Positions 28,009-36,479 of a DNA stretch of 51,150 bases are shown one piece after another. Source of the stretch: Candidatus Nomurabacteria bacterium (GTDB lineage: Bacteria > Patescibacteriota > Minisyncoccia > Phycocordibacterales > UBA9973); contig JARIGO010000001.1 in the NCBI GenBank assembly GCA_029288805.1, positions 1 through 51,150 on the forward strand, written 5' to 3'. The position numbers and the translations under genes are program-made. The notes under the pieces are model-generated. The model saw nothing but the letters and a program-made list of their open reading frames with translations. It made no database searches and was not told where the DNA came from. The stretch's first letter is position 1, and each line of letters opens with the position of its first letter.

Positions 28009-28446
28009 ATGAAATTACAGCTACTTCATCTCCAGCAACACGGATCATTGTTCCAGGCCATTCGCTTCATGATGGTTGGCGTTCTTAATACGCTTGTTGA
28101 TATCGTTGTGTATTTTATGCTCACTCGCTTCACGGGCTATTTCGATCATCATATTCTGATAACGAGAATCATTTCGTTTCTGTCCGGATCCGTCTGCAGC
28201 TTCATACTCAATCGTATTTGGACATTTGAAAAACGAGACAAAATCCAAGGTTGGGAATTGCTAAAATTCTACGTGACGGTTGGCATGAGCTTGTTGATCG
28301 GCCTCTTTTCAATGCAGTTCTTCATCAAGGCCTTTCATCTCTATGATCTGATTGCTTTGGCCATATCCATCATCTTCACGTTCATCTGGAATTTCACCAT
28401 TTCTAAATTCTGGGTATTCAAAAAGAAAGAAGAGTCATTTATATAA
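28009..28446 (+). CDS. GtrA-family flippase-like protein
   Basis: RFMMVGVLNTLVD, SFILNRIWTF, WNFTISKFWVF. Confidence 0.9.
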   Translation: MKLQLLHLQQHGSLFQAIRFMMVGVLNTLVDIVVYFMLTRFTGYFDHHILITRIISFLSGSVCSFILNRIWTFEKRDKIQGWELLKFYVTVGMSLLIGLFSMQFFIKAFHLYDLIALAISIIFTFIWNFTISKFWVFKKKEESFI

Positions 28447-28468
28447 AATGATAGCCACAGTTCATAAT

Positions 28469-28504
28469 TTGCTCCGAATGGTGGAGGATGTTCGAAAGTG
28501 TTTG
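28469..28504 (+). repeat. Direct-repeat site S2 (att-like)
   Basis: TTGCTCCGAATGGTGGAGGATGTTCGAAAGTGTTTG, 29/36 identical to S3. Its final TTG begins a TTGACA -35 box. Confidence 0.8.
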
Positions 28505-28541
28505 ACAGATTATGAAATAGAGGTAATCTGAAACAAAACAA

Positions 28542-28967
28542 ATGAATATGGAAAGGAAACACTTTTACAAGAACCATGAGGAGGTTATATCAATCCTTAC
28601 CAAAGACTACGGTTTTAGATATGACGGCCTGGGAGACAATTACGAAGAATGTTTTCGTAAAGCCTCAGATAAGCCCGAGACAATCTTTATTCACCCAATG
28701 TTTTGCTCATACTACATGGCTTCATCACATGTCCTATTTGCAGAGAGACTCCACGAGTTCAACGTTGAAAGTGATCATAAAAGTGAAAAAAGTCAGTTAA
28801 TCACTTTTCGAAAACTATTAATACATCTTGATGAAGTAGCAATAAAAGAAGGTCTGCCGACCGTATCGGCTGTTCAAAAGCTACCTAACCTTAAAGAGGC
28901 ATTACCAGTACCTACTTTTGTTAAACAGAAGAAATTGACTCTGTGGCAAAGATTAAGCCCTTGGTAA
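28542..28967 (+). CDS. Hypothetical protein (single-gene cassette between S2 and S3)
   Basis: 141-aa ORF with upstream TTGACA and downstream terminator 28987-29010. Confidence 0.7.
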   Translation: MNMERKHFYKNHEEVISILTKDYGFRYDGLGDNYEECFRKASDKPETIFIHPMFCSYYMASSHVLFAERLHEFNVESDHKSEKSQLITFRKLLIHLDEVAIKEGLPTVSAVQKLPNLKEALPVPTFVKQKKLTLWQRLSPW

Positions 28968-28986
28968 GATACCTTTACTTTTCCCC

Positions 28987-29010
28987 AAAATCCCTTTTAT
29001 GGGATTTTTT
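28987..29010 (+). terminator. Intrinsic terminator
   Basis: AAAATCCC-TTTTAT-GGGATTTT followed by a T-run. Confidence 0.7.
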
Positions 29011-29014
29011 TTAT

Positions 29015-29050
29015 TTGCCCCGAACGCTGGACGATGTTCGAACCTGGTTG
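29015..29050 (+). repeat. Direct-repeat site S3 (att-like)
   Basis: TTGCCCCGAACGCTGGACGATGTTCGAACCTGGTTG. Resembles the antisense tRNA-Asn 3' end TGCTCCCCCGGTAGGATTCGAACCT (29419-29443). Confidence 0.8.
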
Positions 29051-29137
29051 ATAAAAGCGTGTCTCATATTTCAGTCTTACTTTTGGTATTTGTTATGGTC
29101 TATATAGTCGCAAATTTATTAAGCGCGACTGAGTTAA

Positions 29138-29347
29138 ATGACAAACGTAGAAAAAAGATACTGTATTAAATGTAAGAATCCCATGAATCTTGTAATGCTT
29201 GGCGACTTCCATGCCGTTGCGGGCAGTCAAGATGTGAAGAGTAGGATAAGAGTTGACGTGTGCACTCTTGTCAATGATGGCATAAAGTGCGCCGAGTTCG
29301 GCATCAAGAAGGAAAGCGGGGACATTGTAAGTGTGCTCCCCCGGTAA
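29138..29347 (+). CDS. Small hypothetical protein, possible zinc ribbon
   Basis: CIKC...C(x8)C in 69 aa. Converges on tRNA-Asn. Confidence 0.5.
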   Translation: MTNVEKRYCIKCKNPMNLVMLGDFHAVAGSQDVKSRIRVDVCTLVNDGIKCAEFGIKKESGDIVSVLPR

Positions 29348-29420
29348 TCTCTTGCCGGGGTTCGCATTTTCAGAAAAGAAAAAACGCCCTTGAGAGGCGT
29401 CCTTTCTTTTCGTTCAAATG

Positions 29421-29492
29421 CTCCCCCGGTAGGATTCGAACCTACGACCAATCGCTTAACAGGCGACTGCTCTACCGCTGAGCTACAGGGGA
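29421..29492 (-). tRNA. tRNA-Asn(GTT)
   Basis: Minus strand TCCCCTGTAGCTCAGCGGTAGAGCAGTCGCCT-GTT-AAGCGATTGGTCGTAGGTTCGAATCCTACCGGGGGAG. CCA not encoded. Confidence 0.97.
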
Positions 29493-29571
29493 ATGACTTT
29501 TTAAGTGCACTGCACTATATCATTTTATTATACGCTTTTCAACACTCTTAAAATGGGTATACTATTTGCAG

Positions 29572-29741
29572 ATCGGGTTCGTCTTGTGTATCCATGGGGC
29601 GTGACAGCTCCGCAAATTACTGGTTGGAAAGCTGGAGAATGCTTGTTAGGCTTAGGCAAACCAAGGGATGCTCGCGCCTCGGCATAGCTGCACAGCCTTG
29701 CCTTACGAGAACCAAAAAACCCTGCGTCCTGCAGGGTTTTG
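29572..29741 (+). ncRNA. Candidate 6S-like RNA
   Basis: TATACT (29558-29563) upstream and a terminator 29714-29741 downstream. Ends pair as an irregular rod: GGTTC/GAACC, GGGGCGTG/CGCGCCTC, TGGTT/AACCA, with an unpaired central segment GCAAATTAC. Confidence 0.5.
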
Positions 29742-30002
29742 TTATAGCCGGATGGCGAAATCGCCTTGCTGGACAGGGCGGCTGTCGTATGGTGAGTGAT
29801 TCCAGAAGTCGAAATGGAACCAGCCGTACCCTTCGGGAGGGGTGGCATTTGCCTCAGCCATACTGGCGTTGCCGAGTGGGTAGGTGGCTTCCCAAGAGTT
29901 TGGATCGATGGCAGTAGGGGCAATCCACTCGCCAGCCTTGATGTGGGGAATGGCGATTAACACCGCTATTATAAGGACTACTATTGCCAAAAACTTCTCC
30001 AT
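29742..30002 (-). CDS. Small secreted/anchored hypothetical protein
   Basis: Signal-like N-terminus. Minus-strand TAGTAT 6 nt before the ATG, and a terminator right after the stop. Confidence 0.65.
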   Translation of the reverse strand: MEKFLAIVVLIIAVLIAIPHIKAGEWIAPTAIDPNSWEATYPLGNASMAEANATPPEGYGWFHFDFWNHSPYDSRPVQQGDFAIRL

Positions 30003-30047
30003 AAGGCTATACTACGCCTGCTTTTTATTATTTCAAGCACTATTTAT

Positions 30048-31109
30048 ATGTCTACAACAAATCAAAGAAAAACCAAAATCGTGGCTACAATTGGCCCAGG
30101 GTCTGAATCAAAAGAAAACTTCACAAAACTCCTTCATGCCGGTGTTGATATCGCCCGCACAAACATGAGTCATGATGACCAAACTATTCATGAGGCTCGC
30201 ATTCACAATATCCGTGCCGCAGCTGCAGAAGCAGGCATGCCTATCAGTATTCTGCTTGACCTTTCAGGTCCAAAGATCCGTATCGGAGACTTTGCCAATG
30301 GTCCGGTAGAACTCATTCCAGGCGCAGAGTTCATTCTTTCTACAAAGGAATGCGAAGGAACAGCTGAAAAGGTATTCTTTAACTTCCCAGAAATTGCAAA
30401 GGAAATGAAGCCAGGTCAGGTGATCATGATCGATGATGGTCGTCGCAAGCTTGTGGTAAACAAGGTAGAAGACGGTGACATCTATACCACAGTGGCTGTT
30501 GGCGGCACTATCAAGGGACGTCGTGGCGTCAACCTTCCAAATGCATTCCTTACTATTTCTGCACTGACAGAAAAGGACAAGAGCGACCTCGAATTCGCTG
30601 TGAAGCAGGGTGTGGACTTTATCGCATTGTCATTCGTGCGTACGGCAAAGGATATCGAAGAACTTCGCGACCTTATCAAGCAGCATGGCGGTAATCAGCC
30701 AATTGTTGCAAAGATTGAGACTCCGGAAGCTATAGAGCGCATTGATGAAATCATCGCCGCAACAGACGCTATCATGGTAGCGCGTGGTGACTTGGCAGTT
30801 GAAATCGGTCATGCCAAAGTGCCTGCTGCTCAGAAAATGATGATCAAAAAGGCCAATGCCGCTGGCAAACCAGTGATCGTTGCAACACAGATGCTTGAAT
30901 CAATGATCAAGGCTCCAGTTCCAACACGTGCTGAAGTGTCTGACATTGCCAACGCTGTTCATGATGGAGCAGACGCAACAATGCTTTCAGAAGAAAGCTC
31001 TCTTGGTGAATTCGCTGTTGAAGCAGTCTCTATGATGGCTGAAGTAATCGTAGAAACTGAAAAAGACCTCGGCTTGAAGCCAGAAGACGCTATTGCGTGG
31101 AAGAAATAA
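30048..31109 (+). CDS. pyk: Pyruvate kinase lacking the C-terminal regulatory domain
   Basis: [54 protein letters not shown]. Stops at 353 aa. Confidence 0.96.
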   Translation: MSTTNQRKTKIVATIGPGSESKENFTKLLHAGVDIARTNMSHDDQTIHEARIHNIRAAAAEAGMPISILLDLSGPKIRIGDFANGPVELIPGAEFILSTKECEGTAEKVFFNFPEIAKEMKPGQVIMIDDGRRKLVVNKVEDGDIYTTVAVGGTIKGRRGVNLPNAFLTISALTEKDKSDLEFAVKQGVDFIALSFVRTAKDIEELRDLIKQHGGNQPIVAKIETPEAIERIDEIIAATDAIMVARGDLAVEIGHAKVPAAQKMMIKKANAAGKPVIVATQMLESMIKAPVPTRAEVSDIANAVHDGADATMLSEESSLGEFAVEAVSMMAEVIVETEKDLGLKPEDAIAWKK

Positions 31110-31135
31110 TCTTCTAAAGGAGTATAATAAGGTAT

Positions 31136-31489
31136 ATGAGCATACGCATAAAAAGTACACTTATTGAGCTTACTCCAGCATTGCAAGATTATACAGAAAA
31201 GCGCCTGAAGGGCATTACCAAATACACCGAAGGCGATTGCTTGATCGAAGTAGAGATCGGTAAAAGTACGATGCATCATCGTAACGGTGAGGTGTTCATA
31301 GCAGAAGTGAATGTCACCACTCCGCTTGGCAAACAGTATCGTGCCGTCTCAGAAAAAAACGACCTCTACGAAGCCATTGATGATATGCGCGCAGAGATCA
31401 TTAGGGAAATAAAAGCCGGCAAAGCAAAGAATCAAACCTTGCTCCGTCGTGGTTCTCAAAAAATAAAAAGTCTAATTAAGGGAGTGTAG
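31136..31489 (+). CDS. raiA: Ribosome hibernation factor HPF/RaiA
   Basis: ELTPALQDYTEKRL, AEVNV, DLYEAID. Confidence 0.9.
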   Translation: MSIRIKSTLIELTPALQDYTEKRLKGITKYTEGDCLIEVEIGKSTMHHRNGEVFIAEVNVTTPLGKQYRAVSEKNDLYEAIDDMRAEIIREIKAGKAKNQTLLRRGSQKIKSLIKGV

Positions 31490-32317
31490 GAAATCAGCAT
31501 ACGGCTGACGCTTACCATTCTCAGGAATAACTTCCTCGATAACGAAAGTCTCATTATCATATGAGGCTTTTGTTATTTTTACGGTCAATAATTCACTATG
31601 ACGGGTCGCTGACATATGAACCCATCCTCTGCTGCCAAATGCCCTAAAGACTTTCCATTTCTGCCAGTCAGGCATGTCATCAGTTAGCACACCATCTTGC
31701 TTTGTGTACTTGCGAGTATGGGTATGTTTGTCATGGTCCTGCTCTGTAGGAGTGAGTTCTTTTGAAAGGTATTGTTCGATGTTGTCTGCAAATAAGCGCG
31801 CGCCGAGTTCTGCACTTTTAGCAGTGAGAGCATCTACAGTCATGTCTTTTGCCAAGGGAAATGCCTCTTGGACAACCACTGGTCCATGGTCGACTTGTGC
31901 ATCAAGCTGCATGATACTGACACCTGTTTCAGTATCGTCACTGAGCAATACTGACTCCAATGGAGATGGACCGCGATACAATGGTAGGAGAGAAGGGTGC
32001 AAGTTCAAGACCTTGCCTTCAACGACCTGTAACAAACTGTTTGGTAGGATTTTTCCATATGCCACCACGAAAAAGAAATCCCACGGACCTCTATCATGGA
32101 TGTCTTGCAAGACATCAGTAGTGATTTTTTCTGGAGTGATAACAGGAATATTGTGCTCGTGAGCGAACATCGTTACAGGTGTCTCTACCAGATGCATGCC
32201 GCGGCCTTGTGGGCGAGCGGGAGCTGTGACAATCAGGCTAGGAAGCAAGCCTTTTTCCTTCAAGGATTCCAATGTCAGACGGGCTATGGCTGGTGTTCCG
32301 AAAAATACGTATTTCAT
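31472..32317 (-). CDS. fmt: Methionyl-tRNA formyltransferase
   Basis: VFFGTP, VVAYGKILP, NLHPSLLPLYRGPSP, TGVSIMQLDAQVDHGP. Confidence 0.95.
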   Translation of the reverse strand: MKYVFFGTPAIARLTLESLKEKGLLPSLIVTAPARPQGRGMHLVETPVTMFAHEHNIPVITPEKITTDVLQDIHDRGPWDFFFVVAYGKILPNSLLQVVEGKVLNLHPSLLPLYRGPSPLESVLLSDDTETGVSIMQLDAQVDHGPVVVQEAFPLAKDMTVDALTAKSAELGARLFADNIEQYLSKELTPTEQDHDKHTHTRKYTKQDGVLTDDMPDWQKWKVFRAFGSRGWVHMSATRHSELLTVKITKASYDNETFVIEEVIPENGKRQPYADFLHSLN

Positions 32318-32360
32318 GAGAATAATATAGCATATAGAAGGCCGTCCATATTGTTCCTGT

Positions 32361-32652
32361 CGCTAAAGGCTGCGCTGAAGATAGCAAAAACATCATAATA
32401 TATACCTTTGGCACCCACGCTGCGCACATGCTGAAATATGGCTTGCTCGCCCCGCCACATTTCAGCATGCGTCTCCGCCCAGCTCGCCACTTAGCGTGTC
32501 TGCATGTGGTGTTGGGGTTTGGCGTTTTTCAGCTCGCACATTAGAACAGGAACACGAACACCCATCCCGCAAGGCCATGCGATGGCGGAGCCTGTGAAGA
32601 CAGAATCAGAGGCTCGCCGATGACTTCTGGCTTTACAGCGCAGCCTTTAGCG
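32361..32652 (-). mobile_element. 292-bp structured element with 17-bp terminal inverted repeats (MITE-like or ncRNA) between def and fmt
   Basis: CGCTAAAGGCTGCGCTG (32361-32377) / CAGCGCAGCCTTTAGCG (32636-32652) perfect IR. Several nested internal stems. No convincing ORF and no clear target-site duplication. Confidence 0.6.
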
Positions 32653-32667
32653 GGAAGTTATTTTTTG

Positions 32668-33156
32668 CTACTTTCCTGGTGGAAGATCTTCTACGTTTTT
32701 CGCAGTGTCAATAAATAGAATGCCGTTCAAGTGGTCGGTTTCGTGCTGAAAGATTTGTGCAAGCAAGCCGCGGCCGCTCATGACAAATTCGTTGCCATCG
32801 CCATTTAATGCGCGAACAGTAGCAGTAGTAGCGCGCTTCACGTCACCGTACTTCCAACGCACTGACAAGCATCCTTCCTGCATCATTTCCTTTTTCTTAC
32901 CAAGGCGAATAATCTCAGGATTGATAAATACCAAGTCGTCCTCAAACTTCTTGCTTACTTTTTTTGCTACAACGAACATGCGCAATGACTCACCAACTTG
33001 TGGCGCGGCAATGGCAACGGCATCATCTTCGCGATCAATAGCAGCTTTCATATCTGCGATCAACGACTGAATTTTTTTTGTGCCAATATCAGAAACAGGA
33101 ACCGGTTGCGCAGTGCGACGCAGAACCTGGTCAGGCATTTGAACGATAGTTTTCAT
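32668..33156 (-). CDS. def: Peptide deformylase
   Basis: AIAAPQVG, QEGCLSV, QHETDHLNG. Confidence 0.97.
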   Translation of the reverse strand: MKTIVQMPDQVLRRTAQPVPVSDIGTKKIQSLIADMKAAIDREDDAVAIAAPQVGESLRMFVVAKKVSKKFEDDLVFINPEIIRLGKKKEMMQEGCLSVRWKYGDVKRATTATVRALNGDGNEFVMSGRGLLAQIFQHETDHLNGILFIDTAKNVEDLPPGK

Positions 33157-33157
33157 A

Positions 33158-34456
33158 TTACTTTAATTGCTTAAGGTAGGCTTGAAGATCTGGAATTTTG
33201 ACACAGTCCTGACTGCGAGTATCCATATTGCGAACAATGACACTGTTTTCCATCGCTTCCTTTTGTCCGAAAATAATAGTGTAAGAAACACCAGACTTTT
33301 CTGCCACTGCAAGCTGTGCAGAAAGGGAATCCTTTGAAAGGGCCTGCATGACAGGAACATGTGCCTTGCGAAGAATTTCGATAACCTTCAAGCTCTTCAA
33401 CTTTGCATCTAGTCCAACCTGGATGAAGTACACCTTTGGCTTCTTCATGATGCGAGGTGCAAGGTCTTTGAACCATGGTCTCTCAACAATGCGATCAATG
33501 CCGATAGAACCGCCCATAGCAGGAAGATCTTTCTTGCTGCCAAGTTCCTTACCGAGATAGTCATAACGACCACCAGCAGCAATAGTCTGTGTGCGGCCAT
33601 CTTCATCAGTTTCCATAATTTCAAATACAGTGTGTGTGTAGTATGAAAGACCACGAACAAGAAGCTTGTCTATTTGATACGGGATTTCCATTTGGTCGAG
33701 ACATTCAAGGACTTCCTTGAAGTGGCGCTTGCCAGCCGCAGAAAGGAAACTAATAGCATCAGGTGCGCCCTGGTTAATCTCTTTTGTACGCTCATCCTTA
33801 GAGTCCAAAATGCGAAGAGGATTGGTCTTGAGGCGTTCTTGGTCGATAGCAGGGAGGTCAGCAATGTGCTTCTTGTAGTAATTCGTCAATTCACGAATGT
33901 ATGCAGGACGAGACTCCTTGTCTCCGATTGAATTGATGTTCACTACCAAGTTTTTAGCACCTGCTTCTTCGAGAATAGTGTAGATGGTGCGGATAACCAA
34001 TGCATCAATAATACTTTTTTCGCTACCAAGAACATCAACGTCGAATTGGTAGAATTGTCGGTATCGTCCTTTTTGAGGATTGTCGTGACGGAATACAGGA
34101 CCTGAGTGATAGAACAATAGCGGCTGTGGCAATGTCTGCATGCCATGTTCAATATACGCACGCACCAAACTAGCAGTCTGTTCAGGACGCATTGCAAGGT
34201 GATCACCGCCTTTTGTCTTTAGGGTGTACATTTCCTTATCAACGATATCTGTACCAACACCAACAGCAGTAGTAAATGTGGACTCATGTTCTAGGATAGG
34301 CGTCTCAATAGGTGAGAAGCCATAGTACACGGCAACTTCCTGCGCCTTTTCAAAGAAGCCCTGAAACTTGTAGTAGTCGTCACCAATGATGTCACGCATG
34401 CCTTTTGGGCTACCGATATCTTGGGATTTTTTTGGAGTAGAAGGTTTAGTACTCAT
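33158..34456 (-). CDS. hisS: Histidine--tRNA ligase
   Basis: PKGMRD, MRPEQTA, FRHDNPQKGRYRQFYQ, LVRGLSYYT, GGRYD. Confidence 0.97.
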   Translation of the reverse strand: MSTKPSTPKKSQDIGSPKGMRDIIGDDYYKFQGFFEKAQEVAVYYGFSPIETPILEHESTFTTAVGVGTDIVDKEMYTLKTKGGDHLAMRPEQTASLVRAYIEHGMQTLPQPLLFYHSGPVFRHDNPQKGRYRQFYQFDVDVLGSEKSIIDALVIRTIYTILEEAGAKNLVVNINSIGDKESRPAYIRELTNYYKKHIADLPAIDQERLKTNPLRILDSKDERTKEINQGAPDAISFLSAAGKRHFKEVLECLDQMEIPYQIDKLLVRGLSYYTHTVFEIMETDEDGRTQTIAAGGRYDYLGKELGSKKDLPAMGGSIGIDRIVERPWFKDLAPRIMKKPKVYFIQVGLDAKLKSLKVIEILRKAHVPVMQALSKDSLSAQLAVAEKSGVSYTIIFGQKEAMENSVIVRNMDTRSQDCVKIPDLQAYLKQLK

Positions 34457-35033
34457 ATGATTCTTTCGCAGGTAATACGCTTATAGTGTTAACCGGCAAG
34501 AGTCGCAATAATGCACGACCGCGAATGTTTGCGTCAGGAAGCATGCCCCATGAACGTGAGTCATAACTGCCGGAACGGTTGTCTCCCATAACGAAATATT
34601 CATTTGGAGGAACAACGTACGTGCCACTGTCAGTTGAAGGATGAGTAATATATGGTTCATCAAGACTGAAGCCTTGTGGGTGAGCGGTATTGAAAATAGT
34701 AACTTTACCGTCAGTAACCTTTACTGTATCGCCAGGCAAGCCGATCACACGCTTGATATAAAACTTTGTTGGTTCTGGTGGAGCCTTGAAGACAATAACG
34801 TCACCGCGCTGTGGACCGTGAAAATGATATGTTACTTCATCAATAATAAGATACTGTTTGTCCTTGATGTTTGGATCCATTGAGGTACCACTGACGATAA
34901 ATGGGCGAATGATGAATGCCTGAATCAATGCTGCCAAAATCACTGCTCCAATAATATAGAGAAGGTTTTCAATAAACTTGCCAAACCCTGTCTGGAAGAA
35001 CGTTTTTCTCGGGGCACTATTTGTTGGTTCCAT
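34446..35033 (-). CDS. lepB: Signal peptidase I
   Basis: SGTSMDP (catalytic Ser), YIKRVIGLPGD (catalytic Lys), GDNRSGSYDSR. Confidence 0.96.
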   Translation of the reverse strand: MEPTNSAPRKTFFQTGFGKFIENLLYIIGAVILAALIQAFIIRPFIVSGTSMDPNIKDKQYLIIDEVTYHFHGPQRGDVIVFKAPPEPTKFYIKRVIGLPGDTVKVTDGKVTIFNTAHPQGFSLDEPYITHPSTDSGTYVVPPNEYFVMGDNRSGSYDSRSWGMLPDANIRGRALLRLLPVNTISVLPAKESYEY

Positions 35034-35080
35034 AATTAGGGCAAGTATAGCAGACAGCGAATATATGGTACAGTAGCAGT

Positions 35081-35644
35081 ATGATTATCGTGATCGGGCT
35101 TGGAAACCCTGGAAAAGCCCATGCAGGGCAGCGACATAATATTGGTTGGACAGTACTTGATGCGCTAGCTGCAAAAGAGGGGTTACATTTTAATGAGAGA
35201 AAACTCTTTCATGCTTCCATTGCTCAATTTGGGGAGCTGATGCTCGTGAAGCCTGATACGTTTATGAATGAATCTGGTATTGCCGCACGACAACTGGTAC
35301 GAAATTATGATGCGCCTATCGTAGTTGTATATGATGACATCAGCATCAATGTTGGTGAAATAAAAATTTCCTTTGGAAGAGGGGATGGAGGACACAATGG
35401 AGTGACCTCTACGATTGCGCATCTTGGCACCAAGGATTTCTTGCGCATTCGCATCGGCATTCGTCCGGTTCATGAAGAGCTACTGCCACGCATCGCCCCG
35501 CCGCACGGTTTTGAAAGCTTCATGCTTTCCAACTTCGCTCCATTTGAAACCGATCTTCGAGACAAGGCTATAGACAAAGCTATCGAAATCATCGAACAGC
35601 TACCGTTTAAAACAAAGGAAGAACTAATGACACAGTACAATTAA
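35081..35644 (+). CDS. pth: Peptidyl-tRNA hydrolase
   Basis: IGLGNPG, RHNIG, KPDTFMNESG, GGHNG, LRIRIGI. Confidence 0.96.
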   Translation: MIIVIGLGNPGKAHAGQRHNIGWTVLDALAAKEGLHFNERKLFHASIAQFGELMLVKPDTFMNESGIAARQLVRNYDAPIVVVYDDISINVGEIKISFGRGDGGHNGVTSTIAHLGTKDFLRIRIGIRPVHEELLPRIAPPHGFESFMLSNFAPFETDLRDKAIDKAIEIIEQLPFKTKEELMTQYN

Positions 35645-35645
35645 G

Positions 35646-35669
35646 TATCTAGGAATTTCCTAGATAAAT
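35646..35669. repeat. REP-like palindrome, left of RAYT
   Basis: TATCTAGGA-ATT-TCCTAGATA. CTAGGAATTTCCTAGATAAAT (35649-35669) is identical to 36369-36389. Confidence 0.85.
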
Positions 35670-35709
35670 CTTTAAATAAAATTGAGCGCTCTTTTTGTAT
35701 AGTCACCAT

Positions 35710-36372
35710 ATGATGGCTTTACGAAAAATATCCTTTGCAGAAGGTGAGTATTATCATATTTATAGTCGCGGTAACAGCAAACAAAAAATTTTTCACGATG
35801 CTGCTGATTATCAGAGATTTATGATGTTGCTGTATGCCTGTAATCAAGAAAACGCTTTCAAGATCAACAATCTTCCAAAGGGTAAAAATATCTACGATAT
35901 TCAGATGGGAAAACGCATAACCTCATTAGGGACTTATTGTTTAATGCCCAATCATTTTCACCTTCTAGTTAAAGAGACGATGAGTGATGGAATTACCATT
36001 TTTATGAGAAAAGTTATGACTGCCTACGTTATGTATTACAATAAAAAATATAAACGAACCGGTAAGCTGTTTGAAGGACCGTTTATAGCAGAACATATTA
36101 CTGAAGATCGATATTTAAAATACCTATTTGCATATATTCATTTGAACCCAATAAAGCTTATCGATACCCAATGGAAGGAAAATGGTCTAAAAGATGTCTG
36201 TTCTGCCAAACGTTTTTTATCTTCGTATAAGTACTCAAGTTTTTTAACATATATTGAAATTCAACGGCCAGAAAACAAAATTATTACCCTCTCAGATTTT
36301 CCACCCTATTTTTCAAAAATAGGGGATATGTGGAAAGAGATAAACTCATGGCTTAATTATAAAATTAGCTAG
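35710..36372 (+). mobile_element. REP-associated tyrosine transposase (RAYT / Y1 HUH transposase)
   Basis: YYHIYSRG, YCLMPNHFHLL (HUH), YNKKYKRTGKLF, AYIHLNP, YSS. Start ATG 35710, 6 nt after TATAGT. Confidence 0.9.
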
Positions 36373-36389
36373 GAATTTCCTAGATAAAT
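36369..36389. repeat. REP-like palindrome, right of RAYT
   Basis: 21-nt direct repeat of the left copy, overlapping the RAYT stop codon. Confidence 0.85.
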
Positions 36390-36479
36390 GGCAGCACAGA
36401 TTTATTGACTTTTAATAATATTGTGATATAATGATACTGATAATAAACCAATAGATCTTTAACATAAAACTTAATAACC

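Noticed and set aside
29595-29612. GGGGCGTGACAG as a tmRNA 5' end
   Set aside because: No following TTCGAC, no T-arm/CCA 3' end, and the transcript is too short for a tag ORF.
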